Source: Eledone cirrhosa (taxonomy: Eukaryota). Taken from it: 64,000 nt of DNA. The notes under the pieces are model-generated. The model had not been told where the DNA came from, ran no database searches, and saw only the letters and a list, made by a program, of their open reading frames with translations. Made by a program: the position numbers and the translations under genes. Below are positions 1-11,259 of the stretch, piece by piece; positions within the stretch are counted from its first letter, which is position 1, and the number at the start of each line of letters is the position of its first letter. The DNA lies in assembly GCA_964016885.1 (NCBI GenBank), contig OZ024742.1, forward strand, positions 194,680,001-194,744,000, written 5' to 3'.

Positions 1-81
1 TACTTATTACTAATTTTAACTTATTCTTTATTAAACTATTTTTCACTGGAAACAATTTGTCAGCATTTTCTTTTCCTTTTA

Positions 82-136
<55 letters not shown>

Positions 137-841
137 GTGTGTGTGCGCGTGTATGTTAATGTTTGCATGTGTGCATTCATATATGTATGCATCTGTGAGT
201 CTGTGTATGTATGGAATAAAACATTTTGAAACGAGAGCTCGTTCTCTTTTACATGGTAATATATATTACTGTGATTTCTCTCTCTTGGTAGTCCTATTTT
301 CTCAGATTACCACTGTGGAGAGTGTCGCTGGACATTGTCCACGGAAATGTCTTAACAGACTTGACCGCGGCCGCTGCCAGGACGCCACATCAACCTAGCC
401 ATTGAGCCTGTAACCTTCATCTTTTCTCCCTTCTCTTTCTTCCGTGGCTTAATATTCCTTGCTCTTTCCCTCCTTTTCTCATTTATGACATTTATATATA
501 TTTCCTTTACTTTCCTATACAGCCAGATCTGCCATTCTTCACACTACCCCCCCCCCCCCCTTTCATTGCTTTTATAATTACTTATGACGGCTCAATACAT
601 AATTTAAATAAACACAAAATAATCAAAGAACTGGGAATGAATTTTACAGGAACAGCATATCTATGACGAATATAACTGCCGTGGGTACTATAACAATGTA
701 TTAAATAGGGCTTACAGCTTTTCTTTGAATATTTATTTGTAGCAACTAGGTGTTAGTATATTTGGAAAAAGACATCAGTGTATTCATGTCGACAACTTCT
801 AACTTGTTCGCCCACAGACAAAACTACACACCAACATACAC

Positions 842-889
<48 letters not shown>

Positions 890-1183
890 TAAGACATGCA
901 TATTTATACTTTCACATACATATATACATACTTACACACGCATATAAATACTTTCACATGCACATATACATACTTATATATGCATATTTATATACTAAGA
1001 CATGCATATATATACTTTCATATGCATATATACATACTTATATATACACACACATATATATATTTATATATATATATATATATATACTTTTACATGCATA
1101 TATAGATACTTATATATGCATATATAGATACTTACACGTTCATATACATAGTTTCACATTCATATATACATACATGTATATGC

Positions 1184-1267
<84 letters not shown>

Positions 1268-1450
1268 TAAGACATTAATATACATATATACATACTTACA
1301 TATGCATATATATATACTTACACATGGATATATATACTTCCACATGCATATATACATACTTATATATGCATATATATATACTTAGACATGCATATATATA
1401 CTTTCACATGCATATATACATACTTATATATACATATATATAGTTTCATA
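890..1450. repeat. TA-derived minisatellite (units like catgcatatatacatacttatatatg); related arrays at 2245-2750 and inverted at 3240-3710
   Basis: Recurrent degenerate ~20-25 nt units read directly from the sequence. Confidence 0.8.
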
Positions 1451-1463
1451 ATATATAGTTACA

Positions 1464-1875
1464 TAATCTAGAAATTAATTATAACATCATATGATAGGCA
1501 CTTACTTGAAACACCATTAATGTAATTTAGGATAATAAATTTAACTAAGAAAAATAGCTAGTTACCTCCCCTTACGCATTAACTCCGCTTGGTCACACAC
1601 ACACTTCCGGAATATAATATCATCACACAAAACTAAACAACATGACTTATTAATTAAGAATCGACATGATATGGTTTATAACTTGGTTATATGTTGAACC
1701 ATCGTGGATTATACGTGCATATGTTTTTATATGTCTCTTGTGTTGAAAAGGAGGTCAAGTATGTTATAGATCACTTAATAGTTGCTCCGAAGAATCTAAA
1801 CCTCGGTTTGGAGGAAACAATTGTAAGCAAATAAATGATTTAAACTGAACTTTGATTATTGTAATCTCTATATAA
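1464..1875 (+). mobile_element. Internally deleted copy of the interspersed element at 41737-42835, ending in a hammerhead-like motif
   Basis: 1464-1712 matches 41737-41985 and 1716-1870 matches 42680-42835; a further inverted partial copy lies at 53290-53450. Confidence 0.75.
1782..1830 (+). ncRNA. Minimal type-I hammerhead-like ribozyme, CCGAAGA (U4C) core
   Basis: ttgct-CCGAAGA-atctaaac(ctcg)gtttggag-GAAA-caattg-TA-agcaa: stems I and II, palindromic stem III, GUA site. Confidence 0.65.
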
Positions 1876-1941
1876 CTGCTCTGTAAAACAACAGATTTTA
1901 CTACATTGAGCTATTTATCTTACTGGTAATAAGATAGTAAT

Positions 1942-2126
1942 TAATTGTTTCTACTTCAGGCACAAGGCCAGCAAATTACCCAATGCATTACTGGTACTTT
2001 ATTTTATCGTCCCCGTAAGGATGAAAGGCAAAGTTAACCTCGGCGGGATTTGAACTCAGTCCGTAAAGGGACGTAACTATGCTGCAAAGCATGGCGTACG
2101 ACCCTCTACCGATACTGCCAATCCAC
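1942..2126 (-). mobile_element. tRNA-derived SINE (family A)
   Basis: Reverse complement of 38828-39014; A/B-box head and gcctttcatccttacgggg-cgataaaat core resembling the Nin/Deu SINE domain. Confidence 0.85.
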
Positions 2127-2289
2127 ATGACTATCTTTCACTATTTGGGGTTTGTATAAAAAATATATAACCATAAAAGGCTTTATTACATACATAACCA
2201 TAAATAGTATCCTTAATACTATATATATATATATATATATATATACATTTACATGCATATATAAATACTTATATATGCATATATATATA

Positions 2290-2567
2290 TATATATATAT
2301 ACTTACACAAGCATATATATAGTTTCACAGGCATATATACATACATATATATGCTTATATATATACGTACACATGCATATATATACTTTTACATACATAT
2401 ATAGATACTTATATATGCATATATAGATACTTATATATGCATATATATATATACTTACACATGCATATATATAGTTTCACATGCATATATACATACTTAT
2501 ATATGCATATATATATACTTACACATTCATATACATAGTTTCACATGCATATATACATACTTGTATA

Positions 2568-2610
<43 letters not shown>

Positions 2611-2661
2611 TTACGCATACATATATATAGTTTCTCATACAGATATACATACTTATATATG

Positions 2662-2695
<34 letters not shown>

Positions 2696-2986
2696 TACGC
2701 ATGTATATATATACTTTCACATGCATATATACATACTTACTCATATATTTATATACAGACACAACTACACACACATTACAACACACTTAACTATGTACAC
2801 GTACAAATACATTCTTAGATGGACCATATAAAGACTATGTATCAAACAAATACGCAACTGCACAACATCCATTTTCATAGTTTATCCCAATATGCGTTTA
2901 GTCAGAAAATAACGAAAATGAATGTGTCCTTCGGTATTTTGTATAGTGCAAACACACAAACACTCACATACACGCACACACACATA

Positions 2987-3031
<45 letters not shown>

Positions 3032-3041
3032 ACGCACACGC

Positions 3042-3079
<38 letters not shown>

Positions 3080-3290
3080 ATACACATATTCCTAGACGCT
3101 CATTCTACATTTTGTAGACTTCGCATCATCATAAGATGTTTGATACATAGTCTTTATATGGTCCATCTAAGAATGTATTTGTACGTGTACATAGTTAAGT
3201 GTGTTGTAATGTGTGTGTAGTTGTGTCTGTATATAAATATATGAGTAAGTATGTATATATGCATGTGAAAGTATATATATACATGCGTAA

Positions 3291-3343
<53 letters not shown>

Positions 3344-3710
3344 CATATATAAGTATGTATATCTGTATGAGAAACTATATATATGTATGCGTAAGCATAT
3401 ATATATATATATATATATATGCATATACAAGTATGTATATATGCATGTGAAACTATGTATATGAATGTGTAAGTATATATATATATGCATATATAAGTAT
3501 GTATATATGCATGTGAAACTATATATATGCATGTGTAAGTATATATATATATGCATATATAAGTATCTATATATGCATATATAAGTATCTATATATGCAT
3601 GTAAAAGTATATATATGCATGTGTACGTATATATATATGCATATATATGTATGTACGTATATATATATATGCATATATATGTATGTACGTATATATATAT
3701 GCATATATAT
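2290..3710. repeat. Long inverted repeat (arms ~2290-2849 and ~3136-3710, ~290-bp spacer)
   Basis: 2760-2849 is the exact reverse complement of 3136-3225; mirror ORFs 2561..2818(+) and 3167..3556(-) share the same C-terminus. Confidence 0.85.
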
Positions 3711-3711
3711 G

Positions 3712-3841
3712 AATTAGCCGTCGAAACGGCTTGAGCTCAGCTGTCGGGGTCTTACTGGTTCCTATTACCCACTCTACTACCTCATGTATTGAGTACTGTG
3801 GTGCGTTATGGTCCACTTGGTTCCTTACCACATTTCCTTCG

Positions 3842-3845
<4 letters not shown>
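3712..3845 (+). mobile_element. Short (TA)n-inserted element, family 'GAAACGGCCGGAGCTC' (also 5541-5687, 50771-50972, 54286-54477)
   Basis: Shared gtcgaaacggc-gagctcagc...gagtactctggtgcgtt...ccttaccacac tail, each flanked by TA runs. Confidence 0.75.
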
Positions 3846-3893
<48 letters not shown>

Positions 3894-3898
<5 letters not shown>

Positions 3899-4680
3899 TG
3901 CAAAAGAACAAAGGAACTATTATGACATTATAACAAGTTTATTGCCGACAGCCGTTTCGTCCGACCACATGGCGGGATTTTTCAAGGCATATAACATGTG
4001 ATTGTAAGTTCATTATTTACATCAATGTATCACTTAAGACTAGCAGTTTGAAATTGTGGTATACATCAGCAGCTCCGCTTGTATATTTGGGGTCTATATT
4101 TTTTTTTTTTATTTTATTTTATTTTATTTTTTTTTATTTTATTTTATTTTATTTTATTAGTCTCTTAATCTCTTCTAGTTTGTTAAGTTTATTGGGGCTT
4201 GTAAGCTTTATGCACTTATTGAGAGATTTTTTAAGGTGCTTCTACGAGATCCCAAGTCTTTTACTTTTAAAGCGTAAATTATAAATTATCTAATTTTTAA
4301 CCTTCAATCCCTGACTCGCAGGCCATTTTCAAATTCTCTTAACTCCCCATAACCCATCCCTTTTACAATTCCGACAACTAATATAAAGGAGCCCCCTTAG
4401 AATATAGACCCCAAATATACAAGCGGAGCTGCTGATGTATACCACAATTTTAAACTGCTAGTCTTAAGTGATACGTTGATGTAAATAATGAACTTACAAT
4501 CACATGAAACGGCTGTCGGCAATAAACTTGTTATAATGTCATAATAGTTCCTTTGTTCTTTTTCATTAATATTTCTGCTCTGCTTATACGCATAGGGCTT
4601 AACTAGCTACCGTCACATATTTGGTAAGTCAGACGTGATCATCGCGATTCACATACGACCTACCAAACATCTTGCTTATA
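3894..4680. mobile_element. Fold-back element with ~200-bp inverted arms (3894-4100 / 4400-4570) between TA runs
   Basis: Arms are reverse complements; left arm carries a hammerhead on the minus strand. Confidence 0.8.
3943..3989 (-). ncRNA. Minimal type-I hammerhead ribozyme, U3:A8 variant
   Basis: Minus strand tgcc-TTGAAAA-atcccgccatgtggtcggac-GAAA-cggctg-TC-ggca; one mismatch at the base of stem II. Confidence 0.65.
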
Positions 4681-4701
4681 TATATATATATATATATACA
4701 A

Positions 4702-4746
<45 letters not shown>

Positions 4747-4820
4747 AAGAGGGAGAGAGAGGGAGAGAGAAGGAGAGAGAGGGAGAGAGGGGGAGATAGA
4801 AGGAGATAGAGGGAGAGAGA

Positions 4821-4902
<82 letters not shown>

Positions 4903-4929
4903 TAGAGATACAGATATCAGTGGTGATAT

Positions 4930-5041
<112 letters not shown>

Positions 5042-5540
5042 ATATATTTCTATATGTATATCAATTGTGAAAAATCCACAACAACGAAAATGATTACTTT
5101 TGCACTTTTCGTCGGCATTTGTAACAGACAATTCAACAGCAAAGAAAAAAATGGTCTAATTTATGATATTGCTCTGGTTTAGTGCACATAGTAAGATATT
5201 TCGATTTTACTTCTATCTTCAATTGACATTATGCCAGCATTAGGTCTGGCTTTAAACGAATGCAGTATCATATCTATTGATATTTTTCAGAGATCCTTTA
5301 AAATGGTCTCTATCGACTATCACTGATCATAAAAGAGAGTAACCTTTGTTATCTTACTGCGAAGTATATTTCCTTTAACTATATCCATGTACCGTTGACT
5401 ATTTTCTCTTTCATTCTCTATCATACATCTCCTCTTTTTTTCTGTCTCCATCAACATTTCGTCTGAAGAGTGACGCATAAGGAGAGAGAATATTACTAAT
5501 AAAATAGAAAATGGAAAATACACTTCGCCATATATATATA

Positions 5541-5683
5541 TAGGAAAAGAGTCAGGACCCGGACGGCTGAGCTCCGGCCGTTTCGACAGCTAGGTCTCTT
5601 TTTCTATTACGCACTCTACTACGCTAAGCATCGAGTATTCTGGTGCGTTTAAGCCCCCGTGGTTCCTTACCACACTCCCTTCG

Positions 5684-5687
<4 letters not shown>
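5541..5687. mobile_element. Short fold-back element, family 'GAAACGGCCGGAGCTC'
   Basis: Matches 50771-50972 and 54286-54477; TA-flanked. Confidence 0.7.
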
Positions 5688-5717
<30 letters not shown>

Positions 5718-5722
<5 letters not shown>

Positions 5723-6240
5723 AAAGTGAGTTACAAACGAAACGAAATTTAATTTCGTTTCGTTATTTGTCTTTATCGTCTCCGTTGAACCGGTACGTAC
5801 TCACACTCTATGCAAATTAGTCTGCCCACTACTAATTTTCATAGAAAAAGCAAATAACGATATGTGCATTTACGATTCTCCAGAAAGGCCGGTAGATAGG
5901 TAAATATTGCTGATGAGGTGTAACAACATCGAAACTAGTTCAATATTCCTTATCTGGCTTTCTGGAGAATAGAGGAAAGGTGTTTCCTCAAAAACCAGTA
6001 TGACTCTAAAAACCGGTTTGTCTGTGTGTTTACATACAGAATAGCTGGATACTCACAGTAAAGTAACCAGTGAAAGACTTGGTACATCTACATATGTATA
6101 CGTGTGTGTATTCATATGCATACGAGTATTTCAGTATACATATGCGGATGTACATTTTTAACTTAATTGTTTAAGCGTCAGTCATACAAAAGTGAGTTAC
6201 AAACGAAACGAAATTTAATTTCGTTTCGTTATTTGTTTTT
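5718..6240 (+). mobile_element. Short element bounded by ~52-bp direct repeats (5718-5770, 6184-6236), containing a hammerhead
   Basis: Repeat atacaaaagtgagttacaaacgaaacgaaatttaatttcgtttcgttatttgt at both ends; TA flanks. Confidence 0.7.
5903..5947 (+). ncRNA. Minimal type-I hammerhead ribozyme, canonical core
   Basis: aatattg-CTGATGA-ggtgt(aaca)acatc-GAAA-ctag-TT-caatatt: 7-bp stem I, 5-bp stem II, palindromic ACTAGT stem III, GUU site. Confidence 0.8.
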
Positions 6241-6715
6241 ATATATATATATTTATATATAAATATATATAAATTTATGTATGTATTTATATATATATAT
6301 ACATATATATATATACGAAAGGCTTAGGTAATTTGCATCTACCTAATTCCACTCTGACCATTTGTCGAACCTAGACTATAGTAAAAGGTACTGGCTCAAG
6401 GTGCTACCCTATCCTCTTAGCCATGACTGTGTCTATATGAGTTGCCTCGCTAATAAGACTGTTGAAGCGTTTTAGCAAGAATTTATCTTACCTGAATATA
6501 GGATCCTCGGTTTCACGTGTAACTTAATTAGTCACAATTTTCCATTCGGAATATATAACTTTTCGATATTTCACAATATGTTACTTGAGCATTTTACTCC
6601 GTTCGCTTCCAGATGCTACTTGTGGCAAGAAATGCTTTCTTTGCTTAGATTTCACAATTTAAAAGTGTCACCATTCATCTATGCTTCATATACATTGAAC
6701 AGCCTATATATTATA

Positions 6716-6972
6716 TCTTCTTCTTCTTCTTCTTCTTCTTCTTCTTCTTCTTCTTCTTCTTCTTCTTCTTCTTCTTCTTCTTCTTCTTCTTCTTCTTCTT
6801 CTTCTTCTTCTTCTTCTTCCTCCTCCTCCTTCTTCTTCTTCTTCTTCCGCCTCCTCCTCCTCCTCCTCCCCCTCCTCCTCCTCCTTCTTCTTCTTCTTCT
6901 TCTTCTTCTTCTTCTTCTTCTTCTTCTTCTTCTTCTTCTTCTTCTTCTTCTTCTTCTTCTTCTTCTTCTTCT
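6716..6972. repeat. (TTC)n/(TCC)n trinucleotide microsatellite
   Basis: Direct reading. Confidence 0.95.
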
Positions 6973-7044
6973 CCACCTGTTGCAGACAGTACATCTTATG
7001 ATGATGCGAAGTCTACAAAATAATTATATATATATATATATATT

Positions 7045-7355
7045 TTAAAAAAGCCTTCGTGAGCCACTTTTTTTATTGTCATAAAATTCTCTAAGAAGCT
7101 ACAAAACAAATTCCGAAATACGGGCGCGAAATTTAATGAACTTGTTCAGGTGACAGCATTAATTTCATTTATAACCAATCAGATTACATTTTTTTTTAAA
7201 AAGCCTTTGTGAGCTCCTTTTTTTAAGTACAAAACAAATTCCGAAATACGGGCGCGAAATTTAATGAACTTGTTCACGTGACAGCATTAATTTTATTTAT
7301 AACCAATCAGATTACATTTTTTCAGAAAAAGCCTTCGTGAGCCCCTTTTTTTAAA
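7045..7355. repeat. Tandem duplication of a ~130-145 bp unit (aaaagccttcgtgagcc...gggcgcgaaatttaatgaac...)
   Basis: Two full copies and one partial copy visible. Confidence 0.75.
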
Positions 7356-7587
7356 TAAAAAGTAATTCAAACACTCATATATGAAAAAACTACCTGAGCA
7401 CCCCCCTCCTTGATTGAAGAACTTTGTAACGCGAACTGGCGCGAAATTTATTATACTTATTGACCAACCATCAAATTACTTCTCTAAAAAACCTCGCGTT
7501 TCGAGCCACTTTTTTCCATATAAAACAAGTAACATTCAAAGACCAACCAGTTGTGAGAAAAATCACAGACCCTCGATCTCAACTCTA

Positions 7588-7623
7588 CTTTTGAAAAGCA
7601 GAAGAACTGCGAAACCGGTAAAG
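7588..7623 (+). ncRNA. Minimal type-I hammerhead ribozyme, U3:A8 variant (in ~95-bp element 7548-7642)
   Basis: ctt-TTGAAAA-gcag(aagaa)ctgc-GAAA-ccgg-TA-aag; identical core on the minus strand at 53727-53762. Confidence 0.75.
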
Positions 7624-7694
7624 GAACCAAATAAATATATATATTTTATATACGATATTAAACAAATGGAAACTATATTTATAAAACCATATTT

Positions 7695-7760
7695 ATTTCA
7701 TTATACATATTTCAGGGATACCATATTAAAAATATGGCATGCCTTCTTCAGATAAAATAC
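7695..7760 (-). ncRNA. Type-I hammerhead-like ribozyme (family F1)
   Basis: Minus strand tattttat-CTGAAGA-aggcatgccatatt(ttt)aatatggtatccct-GAAA-tatg-TA-taatgaaat. Confidence 0.65.
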
Positions 7761-7924
7761 AATATATAAAAGTTAAAAGAATTTAAGTAAGTTTTAACAT
7801 TACAATTGTATATTATATTTTTAACTAAGCAATTGTTATTTAACGGACATTTAGATTTATTTCTACAGTTACAGTTGTTTAATTGAATATTGTTTGTACT
7901 TTTTCCTTAGTTCTTTCAGTATAA

Positions 7925-8506
7925 GGCCATTATACATGTCTTTTTAATAGACATACTATAAAATTAACTTACTCGTCCACCAAAAAATTAGCAAAAAATA
8001 TTAATAGAATAAATAATAGGAATCTAAAACCTAGCCAAAATACCGATAATAGCCTAAACAATATTCAATTAAACAACTGTAGCTGTAGAAATAAATCTAA
8101 ATGTCCGTTAAATAACAATTGCTTAGTTAAAAATATAATATACAATTGTAATGTTAAAACTGACTTAAATTCTTTTAACTATGTTGGTTCCACCTCGACA
8201 GAATTTAAACTTCGCTATAATAATCATAAGAATTCTTTCACAGATCCAGGCAAAAAATCTTCAACTTCACTATCAGGCTTACTCTGGCAACTTAAACATG
8301 ATAACGTTGGATATTCGTTGTTTTGGAATATAGTCTCAAGAGGGATTCCTTTTAATTCCTCATCTGAGACATGTGACCTCTGCGTGGAGGAGATATTCTT
8401 TATATTAAAATCTAAAAATTCCCTTAATCTAAGGTCCAATTTATTCAGTTGCTGCAGACATAGATTGAACTCAACGTTTAAATATAAATATAAATTTAAA
8501 ATGTAG
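7925..8506 (+). pseudogene. 5'-truncated Penelope-like element ORF end (RT thumb, Cys linker, GIY-YIG endonuclease), Naiad-like
   Basis: My translation of the frame containing ORF 8318..8506: LFNRHTIKLTYSS...NCSCRNKSKCPLNNNCLVKNIIYNC...YVGSTSTEFKLRYNNHKNSF...TSLSGLLWQLK...CDLCVEE...LNLRS...CCRH; an inverted copy of 8058-8182 lies at 7770-7897. Confidence 0.8.
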
Positions 8507-9036
8507 TATATTTAGTTAAGATATTTATTTAATTAATTATGAAAACTGACGATAAATCTTTCGATTCCTTCAACGTTTTCTTTTTTAAACCTTCTTCATA
8601 AATATATACTAATGATGTAATTAAACTACCCTAAAATGTAGATGCTCCCAATCTATTGAATAAATTTTACGCTAGATAAACTTCTATACTAAATATAAGA
8701 GCATCTGTAGAACAACAGGGTCTCCTAAATCTTTTAAATGATTTCTGCTAAATAAGTCTTGTTGAATAATTTTGTTTTTTGTTTGCTCTTGATTCTGATT
8801 GCTTCTAATGAACTTGGCAATATATTGTCAGATAAATTGGAAGGGTTGATTTCTGTGGTTGATATGGGGGGCATACTGTGTTCTTTTAAGGCCCTAGACA
8901 CTCTAGGGAGTGATGAAAGTATTCTTAGCGTTTTGATATATTGATATCTGTTATCTATTCTATACATGAACGATAATCATGTATGTGAGGGCAGGAATAT
9001 TAATATTAATATATATGTTTATGTATGTGTATGTAT

Positions 9037-9236
9037 NNNNNNNNNNNNNNNNNNNNNNNNNNNNNNNNNNNNNNNNNNNNNNNNNNNNNNNNNNNNNNNN
9101 NNNNNNNNNNNNNNNNNNNNNNNNNNNNNNNNNNNNNNNNNNNNNNNNNNNNNNNNNNNNNNNNNNNNNNNNNNNNNNNNNNNNNNNNNNNNNNNNNNNN
9201 NNNNNNNNNNNNNNNNNNNNNNNNNNNNNNNNNNNN
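9037..9236. other. Assembly gap (200 N)
   Basis: Run of n. Confidence 1.
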
Positions 9237-9251
9237 TTCCTAATCTTTCCC

Positions 9252-9308
<57 letters not shown>

Positions 9309-9545
9309 GTGTGTGTGTTTATATATTGAAGGGAGATACGGAAACTAAAACAGTGTTGTCATATAGAGAGTGAAGATTGACGGAGAGAGTTAAGCAGTTA
9401 AATTATATAGAGGGGTAATGATCTATTATAGAGAGATGCAAGAGTGACGGAGAGAGTAAAGCTAAGAAACTATAGGGAGCTCTGTAGGATACATACATAA
9501 TACATACATACGACGCTCAGCTCTCTATCTCTCTCTCTCTCTCAC

Positions 9546-9586
<41 letters not shown>

Positions 9587-9614
9587 AACTAACACTTTAA
9601 TTGTATCTCTCGGA

Positions 9615-9873
9615 CACTCTGGAGCCACTACTGCGGAAGTTGTAGCTGCTGCAGGGCATCCCGTTGGAACCGGGACTGCGAAATGCGGCGTCGGCTTATG
9701 CCGACAACGTGACAGTAATGGTGTCGGAAACCTCGGAAATCGGGGCGATCGGCAACCTACTACAGGAATACGAAAGGTTCACAGGAGCAAAACTGAACCC
9801 GGACAAGTCTGTCGGTTTGCAACTCGGAACGTGGAGAGGCAAACCGATGCCGTTAGACAGCGTCGTCGGACGA
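9615..9873 (+). pseudogene. L1/Tx1-like LINE reverse transcriptase fragment
   Basis: SAYADNVTVMV...YERFTGAKLNPDKSVGLQLGTW resembles the YADD motif and the following RT region of Tx1/L1. Confidence 0.75.
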
Positions 9874-10082
9874 ATATACTATATACGTATACGAAATGCT
9901 AAGTGCTTCTCAAAGATAGAGGAGTGTGCAGAAACGAAAATATATTTCTTGGAGAAAAAAAAATATATGTGTGTGTGTGAATGTGTGTGTGCGTGTTTGT
10001 GTGTATGTGTGTGTGTGTGGGTGGGTGTGGGTGTGGGTGTGGATGTGTGGGTGGGTGGGTGTGGGTGTATGTGGGTGTGTGT

Positions 10083-10189
<107 letters not shown>

Positions 10190-10878
10190 CGAATGTGTGT
10201 TGATTTTTGTACTTGCTTCTAAACAGAATTTAGCGGATAGATAAAAGAGATCGTTAAAATACGTACCAATCTTCAATATAAATACCAAATTCGATGTGGG
10301 TGACTAAATCAAGTCGGAAACCCAGCCTGGCCGCCTTCTACTGACTGAACCAAGTAAAATTATAAAAGTATAAAAGTATAAGGTTAAATCTTGGTTCATT
10401 AGAGGCAATATTATTATAAGATTTTAAGAATAATTTTACTATAATATTATAGTTTAGATTTGTTTTATCATTTTCACTTTTTATTATTTCACTCAATACG
10501 TCTTCAGAGTTTGTGAGAAAATTAGATTCTCTTCATTTATAAATTAAGATTTTGTACGAAAGAAGTGCTTTCTTATTCAGCGTGACAGAAATATCTCCAC
10601 AATGATTACAAATCGATTGTCAAAATTCCTTGGCTTTTCAATTCATATTAATCATTATATTATGAAGGGTGTGAATCTCTTAAATGTTTCTCCTTACACC
10701 GTTTTGATGTATTTAATTTATCAAAGTTCTTTGTTTGTGAAATCTATTGAAACATGATGCCATGAAATATTTGCGTTCAAACTTCACATACTTCTGTGTT
10801 TTTAATTGTATACCAACTTATTTATACAATTGTTTACTGAGCGATAATACACGCACACAAACACACACAAACACACAT

Positions 10879-10929
<51 letters not shown>

Positions 10930-11140
10930 TAGATATATATATATAGGTAGATAGATATAGATGTATGTATGGAGGTGGGTAGGTAGGTTGGTAGGTAGGT
11001 ATACACACACACAGTTGAAGTTAAGATGTCCAAAACAGGATTTTCGCCAACTATATTTTTACTGAAGTTCTCGTACATCTGTCTATACACTAAAATTGTG
11101 AAAATTTACATACACCTTTATGCAGTCTCGTTCACCACAC

Positions 11141-11189
<49 letters not shown>

Positions 11190-11259
11190 TACACTTTTTT
11201 TAATATAATTCGACTGCTTAGCGCAGATCTTAATATACATCTTATTTAACTACCAACGC

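Noticed and set aside
5320-5523. 67-aa ORF with a hydrophobic start (MYFPFSILLVIFSLL), resembling a secreted peptide
   Set aside because: Non-ATG start, no recognisable domain and no convincing splice context.
8734-8967. 77-aa minus-strand ORF next to the PLE fragment
   Set aside because: May be part of a repeat, but I recognise no motif and the adjacent gap hides the context.
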